Shown here: in pieces, positions 25,996-39,006 of the stretch
Layout: the number at the start of each line of letters is the position of its first letter
How positions within the stretch are numbered: position 1 is the first letter of the stretch
Assembly (NCBI RefSeq): GCF_016432865.1
Contig: NC_067398.1
Span: forward strand, 706,800,001 to 706,864,000
DNA from: Antechinus flavipes
Taxonomy: Eukaryota
Direction of reading: 5' to 3'
DNA length: 64,000 nucleotides
Notes under the pieces: model-generated
What the model was told of the DNA's origin: nothing
The model's database searches: none
What the model saw: the letters and a program-made list of their open reading frames with translations, nothing else
Position numbers and translations under genes: made by a program

Positions 25996-26599
25996 TTTAT
26001 CCGTTGATCAAATTCACATTAAATAAATCTAAAGATATCTACAAATGTTACAAGTATGCTGGTTCTCTTAAATTAAACTGAAAGGAGAACTATAAATATA
26101 AAAGTACTAGAATATATGACATTCCTGATAATCACTTTATAAGATTGTTTAATATAAGCATTATCCCACCTCCATTTTATACATAGGAAAATAGAAAGCT
26201 ACTGAGGTACTAGAGTAGAACAGTTAGGAGTGGAGAAAGAAAAATACTTACTTAATAGGAGTCCACTACTGGGTTATCTCTTAGGAGAAGAAATAACCAT
26301 TAGATAACTGAGATAGAACATAAAGACAACACCAAAAGGAATATCATTTCCAATAAGTAAGACTTCTCAACAATCATTTTAAGCATTAAGGGGGTAAATC
26401 TTGCCAGTGAACAAATGGGAGACTAAAATTTAAATGTTATACTGGCAAATACACTGCCCTCACACATTATATTGGGAGTCATATACCTGTATATGCACAC
26501 TTTCTAACAAATCTTAAAAAGAAAACCTAACAACTTATCATAACTGAAGTTTTAATCACAAAAATTTAAAGGAAAAAGGAACTCACTTTAATTTTAATT

Positions 26600-27310
26600 C
26601 CAAATTTAATTCCAAACTTTCTCCCTCCCACTTGTTCTTATCCCATCCATTGAAAAGGCAAGAATTAATACTATGGTACAGATGAAGTCACACAAAACAT
26701 ATTTTTGTATTTGCCAAGTTTCAGGCAAAAAAGGAAGGAAAAATCTCTTTCAATCTGCAGAGTCCATCAGCATTATACAAGCTTTGGAGTTATCCTGGAT
26801 CACTATATTGATCAGAAAAAGTTTTTCACAGTTTAGCATCATTATAATGTTGCTATTCTTGCAACCCTGTTCTCAGAATGATCTTCACTTTACTCTGAAT
26901 CTGTTCAAATGGGTGTTTTCAGGTTTTTCTGAAAGTATCTCCCTTTAGCATTCCTGATGGTAGGAAGTATTACACCACATTCACATACCTTGTTCAGTCA
27001 TTTTCAAGTGATGGTTATCCATCCCCTCAGTTTCCAATTCTTTGCCATCACAAAAAGGGCTGCTATCAATATTTTTGTACATATGAGTCCTTTTTCTTTG
27101 CTCTTCTTAAGGTACAGATCTCATAGGGTTATCTCTGGATCAGACCTTTGGGCATAGTTACAAAGTGCTTTACAGAATGGACTAGTTTACAATTCCACCA
27201 AGAGTGCATTACTGTCCCTATTTTCCCATATCCCCTCTAGCATTTGTCATTTCCCTTTTCTGTCATCTTAATTAATCTGATGGGTGTGAAGTGGTACCTC
27301 AGAAGCCACT
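26600..27310 (-). mobile_element. Old L1 3' fragment
   Basis: ttccaattctttgccatcacaaaaagggctgctatcaatatttttgtacatatg (reverse-complement L1 ORF2 end). Confidence 0.75.
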
Positions 27311-27559
27311 TATTTTCTAAATATAAGCTCAATAAATAGGAAATTTTGAAAAGAACAAATTTTTTCCTTTGTCTTCTATTCCCCCCTCCCTTATCCTTCA
27401 GATTCTATTAAATACCTCAAGCACTGGCTCTATTTCACTGCAGTAAAATCTTCCTTGGGAAAGAAATGATTGAGGTAGTGACAATAATTTCTTGAGCCAA
27501 CCTGGAAGCAGTGATAAAGTAGCAGTACAACAATGGAATACTTCCTGGACCACTCCTTG

Positions 27560-28545
27560 TTGTATGCTCATTAAACCGAGCTCCTGATTCTCCTATTTAT
27601 CTGACCCAACTCTTCAATTTTTTATGCCGAATAATCATAGCAAAGCATTTCCCTCTAAATATGTAAGTATCTCAAGATTCTGTTCTGGGCTGTCTTCTTT
27701 CTGTACATTTTCTCACTTGGTGATCTCATTAGTTTTCATAATTTCCATGTTGTCTATGAAAACGTTCATCAGAGCTCTACATCCAGCCCAAGAATCTCTC
27801 CTGAGCCACAAACCTACATTACTCAACTATCTATTATTACTCATTTCAAAATGGATATGGATAGTCACCCTGAATTCAACATGTCCAAATCAGAACTCAT
27901 TATCTCTCCCCCAACCAATTCTTCTTTTAAATTTTCCTATTAGAGCCAAAGGTCCCACTATCCTCTTAGCAACCCAGATTTAAACTTAAGCATTGTTTCT
28001 GACTCCTCACTCTTTTACATCCTGCACATCCAATTAGTAGTCAAATCCTATGTTTTCTCTATCTACGATGTCTTGCATATGATCTCTCCTTACCATTCAT
28101 ACAGCCATCACCCTATTTCTTACCTGGACTATTGCAAAAGCCTTCCATTTCTTACTCATCTTTCCCTACTCCAATCCACCTTCTATAAAACTACTAAAAT
28201 GATTTACCTCAGATCTGGCCCTATCACTTTCCCCAATAACATTCCAAAGTCTTCCTATTACAAGCACCTCTAGGCCCAAATATAAACAACTCTGTCTACC
28301 ACTGAAAGCCCTTCCTTCCTCCTTCACTGAATGACTTGTTCTTTCCTGAACAAGACTTTCCCGCTTCTGTTTCTGGGCTTTCCTCTCATATATCCTCACT
28401 CCATTCCCAGAATGCTCTTCCTCTTCATCTCTGCCTCTTGGAATCCCTGGTTTCTTTCAATACTTTGCCTTTCACTGGTCTCTCCAAATACAATTCCTTC
28501 CTATCCCAAAGTTACCTGGTAGATGCTTTGTATATGTATACCAAC
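27560..28545 (+). mobile_element. L2 fragment
   Basis: ctcaagattctgttctgggctgtcttctt...cacttggtgatctcatt...aacatgtccaaatcagaactc (L2 ORF2 3' region); followed tail-to-tail by a minus-strand L2 at ~28550-29260. Confidence 0.75.
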
Positions 28546-29624
28546 ACTGAATTATTAAGTGCATACCATGTTCCAGAACCTGGGCTAATCCTTGGTCATA
28601 CAAAGAAAGGCAAAAACCAGCCTCTGCTCTCAAAGAATTCACATACTAGCAGGGGAAACAACAAGTAAATATTTAGGGGACACTTAAGATACAAGACAGC
28701 CTTAGGGAGGAAGATTCTAGCAGGTGGAGCTATTGGGAAAGGCCTTCCTCCTACAGAAGATGGTCTTTGAATGAGTCTTGAAGAAAGCCAAAGAAACTAA
28801 AGAGAGACTGAAGTGGAGGCACAGAAAATTCCAGGAATAGAAGATAGTTGGGATCAGAAAGTTCAGAATTGAAAGCAAGTTGACCAATATGGCAGCAGAG
28901 TGAGTGGAGAAAGATAGGAAGGTAGGAAGGGTTCAAGTTGTGAGAGGCTTTAAATGACAAAGGACTTTGTATTTGATCCTGGAGGTAGTGTGAAACCCCT
29001 GGAGCTCACTGAACAGGGTAATAAGTAGGATAGATGTTTGGAAAACAGATTTAATAGGACAAGGAAACCATATTTAGACAACAGTTAATCCAAGAGATGA
29101 TAAAAATCTATATTCAGTGCTGGCTGTGTGAGTTAAAGAGAAAGGATTATGAATTAAACACTTGAAGGGTTAATATAGATGTCAAGGACGACACCCAGGC
29201 TGAGGACAAGAATGAATGAGAGGATGAGTACAAATTCAAAAGCAATGGGGAAATTTAGAATAGGAAAGAATAAATAGTAACTGCATTTTGCTATCGGGGA
29301 CAATTTTTAACCCCTAATATCTAATCTGGTGTTGGGTATTTCCAGACTTAGCTAACTGATTTTCCAACAATAGAAATGCAACCTGTCATCCATCCCACCA
29401 GAAGCCATTAAAGTCATAGGCATTAACATAAAGGATGGGACAAGTCCAAATGGCATAGTGAGTTGTGAAAGTGTTTAAAGAGCAATTACCATCATAAAAA
29501 CTAAGGTTTGAAAGCAATTCATTCTCCAAATATGAGTCCAATAATTAGCTCAAATCTCAAAAGCAGATCAACTTACCAAGAGAAAGAAAATGAATTATAG
29601 AAAATTAAAACTAAGTGTCTCTGC

Positions 29625-30830
29625 TGGGCCTATATCCCAAAGAGGTCATAACAAAGGGAAAAGGCCCCACATGTGCAAAATTGTTTGTAGCAGACCTTTT
29701 TGTAGTAGCAAGGAACTGGAAACCGAGTAGGTATCCATTAGTTGGGGAATGACTAAATAAGTTATGGTATAAGAATATTATGGAATATTATTGTTCTATA
29801 AGAAACAAACAGCAAGTTGATTTCAGAGAGGCCTGGAGAGACTTAGATGAACTGATGCTAAGTGAAATGAACAGAACCAAGAGAACATTATATACAACAA
29901 CAAGATTATACAATGATCAGTTCTGATGAACTTGGCTCTTTTCAATAATGAAGTGAATCAAGCTAATTCCAATAGACTTATGATGGAGAGAGCCACCTGC
30001 ACCCAGAGAAAGGACCATGGGGCCTGAGGTTGGATCACAACATAGTATTCTCACCTTTTTTATTGTTGTTTGCTTGCTTTTTTCCCTTTTTGATCCGATT
30101 TTTCTTGTGCAGCATGATGTGCAGAAGAATTGCATATGTTTAACATATATTGGATTACTTGCTGTCTAGGGAAGGGAGGAAAATTTGGAACACAAGGTTT
30201 TGCAAGAGTGAATGTTGAAAACTATCTTTGCATGTATTATAAAAATAAAAATCTATTATTAGAAAAGAGACACTAAAATACCGAAAACTATCTCTAGATG
30301 GAATTGTAAAAAATTAAAGTTAAAAAATAAATGCTTCTTCATTAAAAAGAAAAAGTTTAAAAATTACGTGGAAAAAATTGGAAACTAAGTGATGCCCATC
30401 AACTGGGCAATGGCTAAATAAATTTAGATATATGAATGTTATGGAATGTTATTATTCTATAAGAAATGATCAGCAGGATGATTTCAGAAAGGCTTGGAGA
30501 GACAGACTTACATGAATTGATGCTAAGTGAGTACAACCAAAAGAATATTGTACACAGCAAAGGTTATATTTTGACCAATTCTGATGGACGTAGCTCTTTT
30601 CAACAATGGAGTGATTCAGGCTAATTCCAATACACTTGTGATGGAGAGAGCCATCTGCACTCAGACAGGACTATGGGGACTGAATGTGGAGCACAACATA
30701 GTATTTTCATTTTTTTTGTTGGTCCTTTGCCAGGTTTTTATATTCTTTCTCTTTTTTTTTTGGTCCTTTCTGATCTGATTTTTCTTGTGCAGCATAATAA
30801 ACATGGAAATATATATAGAAGTACATGACT
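29625..30830 (+). mobile_element. Two consecutive 5'-truncated L1 3' fragments (~29625-30290 and ~30375-30830)
   Basis: Both contain the L1 ORF2 end/3'UTR motifs (ggaatattatt..tctataagaaa...cagcaa/ggatgatttcag). Confidence 0.8.
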
Positions 30831-31070
30831 ACTTTATAAAACTATGAAAAATATAAACCCACAATTATCAAATTTGGGGCAGTAACCTCTCTATTGAGGT
30901 TGTATATTTTAGTGCCCAGAAATCAGTCATGTCAGGTTGATAAACAATAATTACCTACACAGTGCCAGGCACTTAGCTAAGTACTGAGAGCACAAGGAAA
31001 GGAACAAGACAGTCCCCACCCTCAAGGAACTCTTAGTCTAATGACAAAAAACATGTAAACAATTATGTGC

Positions 31071-31227
31071 TATTTAATATGTATGGGACTATTTGCCATC
31101 TAAAGGAGAGGGTGCGGGGAAGGAAGGGAAAAATTAGAACGGAAGGTTTTGCAAGGGTCAATGTTGAAAAATTACCCATGCATATATTTTGTATATAAAA
31201 AACTATAATAAAAATTAAAAAAAAAAC
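31071..31227 (+). mobile_element. L1 3' terminus inserted in an L2
   Basis: TSD caattatgtgc at 31060-31070 and 31228-31238; AATAAA and A tail. Confidence 0.85.
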
Positions 31228-31820
31228 CAATTATGTGCAAATAAAATATATATGGGACAAATGGTAAGTAGTCACAGAGAGAAAGCACCAGCCTCAAGAA
31301 GAAACAGGAAAGGTGGAAGCCAGGAACTGGAGATGAGGAAAGACAACATCCTTTGTATGATGAACAGCTAATGAAAACCCAGGATTAGGAGATGGAATGC
31401 CTTGTGCCAAAATGAGCAGAGAGCAATATCATTTAAGAGGAGGAAATGGGAAGGGAGTAAAGAATAAGAAGAATGGAATGGTAGGAAGGGCTTTGACATA
31501 AAGAGTCTATGTCCTAGTGAATAAAGTTCATTTCACAATGACAAACTTTCATCAATTATTTTTGAAAAATAGAAGCCTCCTCTACTAAGAAGTCTGATTT
31601 TTGTGTCACAATTTTGCACCTTTGGCTTTCTCCACCTTGCAAAGAATCTTGGCTATTGCATCACTGAAAAGCAAACAGGATCGATCACAATTTGATGTTT
31701 GAAATGAGAGAAAGGATTATTTTTCTCACATATTAGCCAATTATTAAATAAAGACCAAGATTTTTCTTCCCCTTTCTATTCTTCAGAAATCAGCCCCTAG
31801 TAAATTCATTTGAAGTATAC

Positions 31821-32244
31821 TGATAATGAGACAAGATTAACTTTCTCCTCTAACCAGGTCAGACCCCATCCAATTGGGGAAGTTCAGGGGAGTTGGGGAT
31901 GGATCTTTTCATTAGATTGTCTGAGAGTAGCAGTAGGTTTGGGTAGAGAGAAAAATGGCAATATCAAAGCCACATCTCTTAGCTCCTCATTAGAACAGGT
32001 GTACCTCTCATAATATTCATTCTTCTCATTAATTGTTAACCATTAATTGTCAATCAGAGTTGATTGCTGTCCTCAGAAATACCTACTCTTCCAAGGGTAC
32101 ATAAGCATCAATAGGCTATAATGATCAATTTTTGGTTCAGGAAAGATGGCTAATGACCATCTTTTTATTATTATTCACTAGCCATAATTAATAAAATGAT
32201 TAATTTCCCAGAATTATTATCTCCCCAACTTTTTATTCATCACA
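31821..32244 (+). mobile_element. Probable ERV solo LTR
   Basis: TG...CA ends (tgataat...tcatcaca), CAAT-like gtcaatcag (~32049), TATA-like tacataag (32098-32105), AATAAA (32190-32195) in LTR order. No clean TSD found. Confidence 0.45.
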
Positions 32245-32310
32245 CTGTAACCTTTACATAAAACCTAAGCTCCTTCCAAATTTGATGGAGCCATAAAAAC
32301 TAAAGACAAT

Positions 32311-33236
32311 CCGACTATTGATCAGAGAAATGCAAATTAAAACAACCCTGAGATATCACTATACACCTCTCAGATTGGCTAAGATGACAGGAAAATATAA
32401 TGACCAATGTTGGAGGGGGTGTGGGAAAACTGGGACACTAATACATTGTTGGTGGAATTGTGAATAGATCCAACCATTCTGGAGAGCAATTTGGAACTAT
32501 GCTCAAAAAGTTATCAAACTTTGACCCAGCAGTATTTCTATTGAGCTTAAATCCCAAAGAGATCTTGAAGGAGGGAAAAGGATCCAAACGTGCAAGAATG
32601 CTTGTGGCAGCCCTTTTTGTAGGGGCAAGAAACTGGAAACTGAGTGGATGCCCATCAGCTGGGGAATGGCTGAATAAGTTATAGTGTATGAATGTTAATG
32701 GAATATTGTTCTGTAAGAAACCAATGATTTCAGAGAAGCCTGGAGAGACTTACATGAATTGATGCTAAGTGAAATGAGCAGAACCAGGAGATCATCATAC
32801 ACAGCAAAAACAAGATTAAATGATGATCAATTCTGATGGATGTGGCTCTCTTCAACAAAGAGATTATTTAAACCAGTTCCAATTGTTCAGTGATGAAGAG
32901 AGCCATCTGCACCCAGAGAAAGGACTGTGGCAACTGAACATGGACCACAACATAACATCTTTACTCTTTCTGTTGACGTCTGCTTGCATTTTGTTTTCTT
33001 TCTCAGGTTTTGTTTTCCTTTTTGATCCAATTTTTTTTTGTGCAGCAAGATAACCATATATAAGATTTAACATATATTTTTAACAGATTTAACATGTATT
33101 GGACTACCTGCCATCCAGGGGAGAGGGTGGGGGAAAGGAGGGAAAAATTTAGAACAGAAAGTTTTTTAAGGGTCAATGTTGAAAAATTACTCATGCATAT
33201 GTTTTGTAAATAAAAATCTTTAATAAAATTTTTGTA
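32311..33236 (+). mobile_element. 5'-truncated L1
   Basis: ORF 32460-32684 (ARMLVAALFVGARNWKLSGCPSAGEWLNKL) is the L1 ORF2 C-terminus; TSD aaagacaat at 32302-32310 and 33237-33245. Confidence 0.9.
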
Positions 33237-34989
33237 AAAGACAATATGTGCTGATGAGGCACAAGAAATGAACTTGAGAGAGGAGAAAAATTAAAGTGAT
33301 TATTGAAGACACCACTAGAAACATTTATAGTGACATAGTCACTCATCCTAAATTCTTCATAAATTATAACCACTAATAGTATAAAACAGCTTAAGGTCAG
33401 AAACTAAAAACTCAACGTATCTTCAATGTAAATATAGTGCTTATTATGTGCCAATATCTAATTTTATCCTACAGCAATCCTGGTAAGTAGGTGCTACTAT
33501 TATATCCTTTTTGCATATGAGAAAATCGAGACAAACTGATGAAATGACTTGCCTGGGATCCTATAGCCAAGGAAGCACCTGAAGACAAATTTGAACTTGG
33601 GTCTTCCTGACTCTAGGCCCTGGCTTTAGCCACTTTAGCCACTACCCAACCAAACTGGTCCTCATAAAATACAGAAAAGCTGTAACTAGAGTGGGAGTCA
33701 CCAAGGCTTTACTTCCAGGTGCAGGAATGTAAAAAGATTCTGAACTTAATTTCAACAGCTTCAAACACAGCTTATAACCTAGTTAGTAATAACAACAATA
33801 ATAATTCACCAAATAGAGACTTCCTCTCCCTAAAGCTACACAGGTTAGCTACTTGCCAACCCTCCATCTCATAACAGGTCTCTTGAGCAGCTGCTTCACT
33901 CTGCCCAAAACACAAGGGCATGTTTTGTGACACTTGTCCCAGGTAGAAGAAAACATCAGCTATTACTGCAAAGAAGTGAGGAATACTATCATATATGATG
34001 TAATATGCACCAAATATCCTCTCCACCAGACATTCGATGAGTTAAATTTCATGATCAAACAGTAACCCTGGATTGTACAACTCTATAAAGCAGACTGGTT
34101 TCACTCCTTGTATTTTTTGCTTGACATCTTGGAAGAATAAAATTTGTCTTCTCTTCCCGACTCAAATATTCACCTCTTTCTTTTACCTTAGAAAAACCTT
34201 CCACTGACACTATTAATTCTCCTGAATATCACTCTATGTTCTTTTCTTCATTGCTGACTTTCCCAGATGAATGATCCATACCTGACTCTTGCCTCTGTTA
34301 CTTCAACACTCCTGGGCTCTCTGTAGTTAAACAGTTTTTCCCATTCTGACATTTGAGAGCTATTTCAATAATGTGTGACCTTGTATCAAAGAAATCAATT
34401 TCTTTGGGCTTCAGTTTACTCATCAACAAAATGAGATTAGATTACCTCTAAAATGCCTTTTGGTTCTAATATAAGATCACAATGTATCTGCTCTGATAGC
34501 CTACTAGTCCTAACAAAATAGTTACTAGCCTAGCCTAGCCAAGCCCATCCCCTCACTGTATCCACCAACAACATAGCTATTCCCAGTTTTTCCCAAAGTC
34601 CTACTCACTCTGAGAGCAGGTCAGATTCTTTCCCCTTCATAAATCCCTTCCTGACCACAGCAGCCCATCCCAAGAGCCTTTTCTACAAATGGCTAACACA
34701 TATAATCACCAATGTTATTCATACTGGAACACAGGGTTTTAGACTGCTACACGACCATGAGGTGCTTCCACAGCTTGTGTTCCTAACTCCACTAAAAGTC
34801 CTCCAAAAGCCAGGCACATGCCTCAAAGTTCTTAGACTTCTCAGCACATGGCACCAAGACACACAGAACAGGTTCTTAACAAATACCTGTTGATGGAAAT
34901 AACTACTTAAGTGATTGGATGCACATAAGACTAATCATTAAATTTTCATTACAATAAAATTTATAATGCTCTATAAATTTAAAAAAATA

Positions 34990-35655
34990 CATATATGCGA
35001 AATGATTCAACCATTCTGGAGAGCAATTTGGAATTATACCCAAAGGGCTATCAAATTGTGCATTTCCTTTGACCCAGTAGTGCCAATACTGGGTCTGTAT
35101 CCCAAAAAAATCTTAAAGGAAGAAAAAGGACCCACATGTGCAAAAATGTTTGTAGCAGCTTTTTTTTTTTTTTTTTGTGGCGGCAAAAAAATTGGAAAAT
35201 GAGTAAATGCCCATCAATTGGGGAATGGCCGAACAAGTTGTGGAACATGAAGATAATGGAATATTATTGTTCTACAAAAAATGATGAACAAGATAATTTT
35301 AGAAAGGCCTGGAAAGATCTACTCATGCTGATGAACTGACACTGAACAAAACAAGCAGAACCAGGAATACACTGTACACAATAAGAGCAAGAATGTGCTA
35401 TGATCAACAGTGAAAGACTTGGTTCAGTGATCCAAAGCAATCCCAATAGACTTTGGACAGAAAATGCCATCTGCATCCAGAAAAAGAACTAAGGAGACTG
35501 AATGTAAAACAACACATGCTATATGTTTACTTCTTTTTTCTGCAGTTTTATTTCTCCCATGATTTTTCACTTTTGCTCCAATTTTTCTCTCCCAACATGA
35601 TTCATAAAGTAACGTATATTAAAAATAAATTTACTTGGGGGAAAAAAAAGAAATA
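34990..35655 (+). mobile_element. 5'-truncated L1
   Basis: ORF 34966-35202 (QPFWRAIWNYTQRAIKLCISFDP..LGLYPK) is the L1 ORF2 C-terminus. Confidence 0.85.
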
Positions 35656-36379
35656 AAATGAACACATGTGTATTGTTTAATTCACTCAATTAGTCCACTG
35701 ATGACTGGTCCAACTGACTTGTAATTATACAGTCATGACAGAGAGCAGATGTTTAACCCTAAAAGGGGTGGGAAGTATCCTTTATTCTGGCCATTTAATG
35801 ACCAGATGCATCTCAACAGGGACAAACTCCTTTTAAAATTATGTTTTTCATATGACTTACAAAATAAAAACCCTTTAATACCTTAAAGATGCATGAAAGA
35901 ACTTTAGGGTAAAAGATTAGCCTAAGAGGAGACCAAGCCTGAATACAAGCCCAGAAGCCAACAGACAAAACAGAAGCTAAAGATGGAAATCTTGAGAAGC
36001 TAAGTGGAACAAGTAAAGTTCCAAAACTCAGTCAGGAAAAGCTAAAGACAAGTAATAAAGGTAAAAGAAGACTATTCAAGAATCAAAGAAGATCATTTAA
36101 GCAGCAGCAATCAGTATCTAGAGAGAGAGATTGTTCAGATACTAAGGCATTGGGGCTTTAGGTCTACTGTATAAGTAGAGACCCTGATATTGGGCCTACT
36201 TTCTGCTTGAGTGACACAGCTATTATCAGATTCCCTTAAGGATTCATTAACTTGGTACCTTCAGATATTTTTAGTTAAGTGGGAGTACAGGTGAATAAAA
36301 GTGTTGACATGAGAAAACTGAAAAGTATTTCAGAACAATAAGATGCTTCATCATAATACAGCTCCGAATCAAATACAGA

Positions 36380-36981
36380 CAGTTCTCACTTTATGTGCAT
36401 TTGCATTATGCAAATTTGACTTTCTATAAAGATGAAAGAGAATCTGCATTCCAAAAAAGCCACATATGTCAACTTTACAGTGCCATGCTTACTCCACTCC
36501 TGCTCCTCAGCTTGGCACGGCCTCTCACCCCCATTTTAAAAACAAAAAATAGCTTCCAAGCCAAAGCCGAAGAAATGGATGCACAGAGAGGCCACGCTGC
36601 CAGATTCAGAGCTTAGCTTGAGACCTAAAGGCAATGAGAGGAGGCCTTTGCCCCACTCTGCCCACCCACCCCAGTGCTCAGGTGTCATATGTCTCTCCCT
36701 GGCCTTGTGTCACCTAGACAGTGTTTAGTTTCAAAAGTGTTCTTCCTCTCAGTTTCATATAGTTGGCCTTGGCTCCATGTGTTCCTCCTTCTGATTTTGC
36801 TTCTGTCTTTGGCCCCCATGTATCCTTGAACCCTGGGTCACCCCCACCCAACTCCAGAGACAAGTTTGTAGCCCCCTCTCCTCCTTTCTGCTTCCCATCC
36901 TCTCTTCCTTCCTTATATTTGTGGGCACATTCACACTACATAAGGGTTATGAACTGGTCAATTTATGTAAAGTGAAAACTG
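36380..36981. mobile_element. Putative Tigger/pogo-like DNA transposon remnant
   Basis: Inverted ends cagttctcactttat (36380-36394) / gtaaagtgaaaactg (36967-36981), 13/15 complementary, starting CAG, with TA on the right flank (left flank is GA). Confidence 0.4.
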
Positions 36982-37049
36982 TATTAACTATATTGAGTTA
37001 TCCACAGCAATATTCCTTTAGTGTAGACTAGTTGAGAAGAGTCTGATGA

Positions 37050-38263
37050 AAAATACTTTCAAAATACCAGCTGCAAAATTAGGAGAACAAGGAATAGTCT
37101 ACCTCTCAGATCTGTAAGGAAGGGAGGAATTTATGGTCCAAGAAAAACCAGGGAACATTATTAAAAGCAAAATGGATAATTTTGATTACAATAAACTAAA
37201 AAGGTTTTGCACAAACAAAACCAATGCAAGCAAAATTTGAAGAGAAGCAGAAAGCCGGGAATTTGGAATTTTTTTTTTTCAAACGGCCAATGTTTTTGAA
37301 AATGGCCTCATTTCTAAAACACATAGAGAACTAATTTATATTTATAAAAATACAAGCAAATCCCCCAATTGATAAATGGTCAAAGGATAAGAACAATTTT
37401 CAAATGAAGAAATTAAAGCCATCTATATATAGTCATATGAAAAAATATTCTAAATCATCATTGATTAGAGAAATGCAAATTTTTAAAAAATTTGAGGTGC
37501 CACTTCACACCTCTCAGATTGGTTAAAATGACAGAAAAACATAATGATGAATGTTGGAAGGGATGTGGGAAAATTGCTCCGAGAGCAATTTGGAATGACG
37601 CCCAAAGGATTATAAAACTATGGATACCCTGTGATCTAGTACTGTCTCTACTGAATCTGTATCCCAAAGAGAGCTTTAAAAAGGGAAAAGGACCCACAAG
37701 TGCAAAAATGTTTGTGACAGCCCTTTTTGTAGTGGCAAGAAATGAGAAACTGAGTGGATACCCTTCAGGTGGAGAATGGCTGAATACATTAAAGCATATG
37801 AATGTAATAGAATATTATTGTTCTATAAGAAATGAAGAACAGGTAGATTTCAGAAAAGTTTTACAAGACTTACATAAGCTAATGCTTAGTGAAGCAAGCA
37901 GAACCAAGAGAACAGTGTACATAGCAAGAAGATTACGGTGATGATCAATTGTAATGGACTTGGCTCTTTTCAAATGAAGTGATTCAAGGCAATTCCAATA
38001 GACTTGTGATGAAAACTGCCATACATAGTCAGAGAAAGGGCTATGGATTCTGAATACAGATTCAAAGCATATTTTCACCGTGGGTTTTTTGTTTTGTTTT
38101 GTTTTGTTTTTTGCAAAGCATAATGAGTATGGGGACGTGTTTAGAAAAATTTTACATGCTTAATCTATTTTGGATTTGCTTGCTATCTTGGGGAGAGGGA
38201 GAAAAATTTGGAACACAAAAGTTTTATTTGAATGTTGAAACTATATATGTATTTGGAAAAATA
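37050..38263 (+). mobile_element. 5'-truncated L1 (ORF2 C-terminal region and 3'UTR)
   Basis: ORF 37492-37941 (HFTPLRLVKMT...CWKGCGK...LYPKE..KGKGP) is L1 ORF2. Confidence 0.88.
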
Positions 38264-38276
38264 ATATCAGTTGTAA

Positions 38277-39006
38277 TTTGGAATTATGCTCAAAAAGTTA
38301 TCAAAGCGTGCATACCCTTTGATCCAGCAGTGTTACTACTGGGCTTATATCCCAAAGAGATCTTAAAGAAGGGAAAGGGACCAGTATGTACCAAAATGTT
38401 TGTGGCAGCCCTTTTTGTAGTGGCTAGAAACTGGAAAATGAATGGATGCCCATCAATTGGAAAATGGTTGGGTAAATTGTGGTATATGAATGTTATGGAA
38501 TATTATTGTTCTGTAAGAAATGACCAGCAAGATGAATACAGAGAGGCTTGGAGAGACTTACATGAATGATGCTGAGCGAAATGAGCAGAACCAGATCATT
38601 ATACAACAATACTGTATGAAGAATTCTAATGGAAGTAGATATCTTCGACAAAGAGAAGATCTAATTCAGTTCCAATTGATCAATGATGGACAGAATCAGC
38701 TACACCCAGAGAAGGAACACTGGGAAATGTGGACTACTTGCATTTTTGTTTTTCTTCCCAGGTTATTTTTACCTTCTGAATCCAATTTTTCTTGTGCAAC
38801 AAGAGAACTGTACAGATCTGCACACATATATTGTATCTAGGATATACTTTAACATGCTTAACATGTATAAGACTGCCTGTCATCTTGGGGAAAGAGTAGA
38901 GGGAGGGAAGGGAAAAGTTAGAACAGAAGTGAGTGCAAGGGACAATGTTATAAAAATCACCCATGCATATGTTCTGTCAATAAAAAACTATAATTAAAAA
39001 ATATAT
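38277..39006 (+). mobile_element. Younger L1 inserted into the tail of the preceding L1
   Basis: ORF 38099-38569 end (IWNYAQKVIKACIPFDPAVLLLGLYPKEIL...); TSD atatcag(t/c)tgtaa at 38264-38276 and 39007-39019. Confidence 0.88.

Noticed and set aside
27560-29260. Tail-to-tail inverted L2 pair (also ~52040-52270) as a dsRNA hairpin
   Set aside because: The copies are too diverged to pair stably, and such L2 arrangements are common.
33772-34026. 84-aa sense-strand ORF in unassigned intronic sequence
   Set aside because: No recognisable domain and no convincing splice signals; length is within chance expectation.
37492-38569. Longest AT-rich ORFs (149 and 156 aa)
   Set aside because: Decayed L1 ORF2 C-termini in 5'-truncated copies; not host genes and not retrotransposition-competent.
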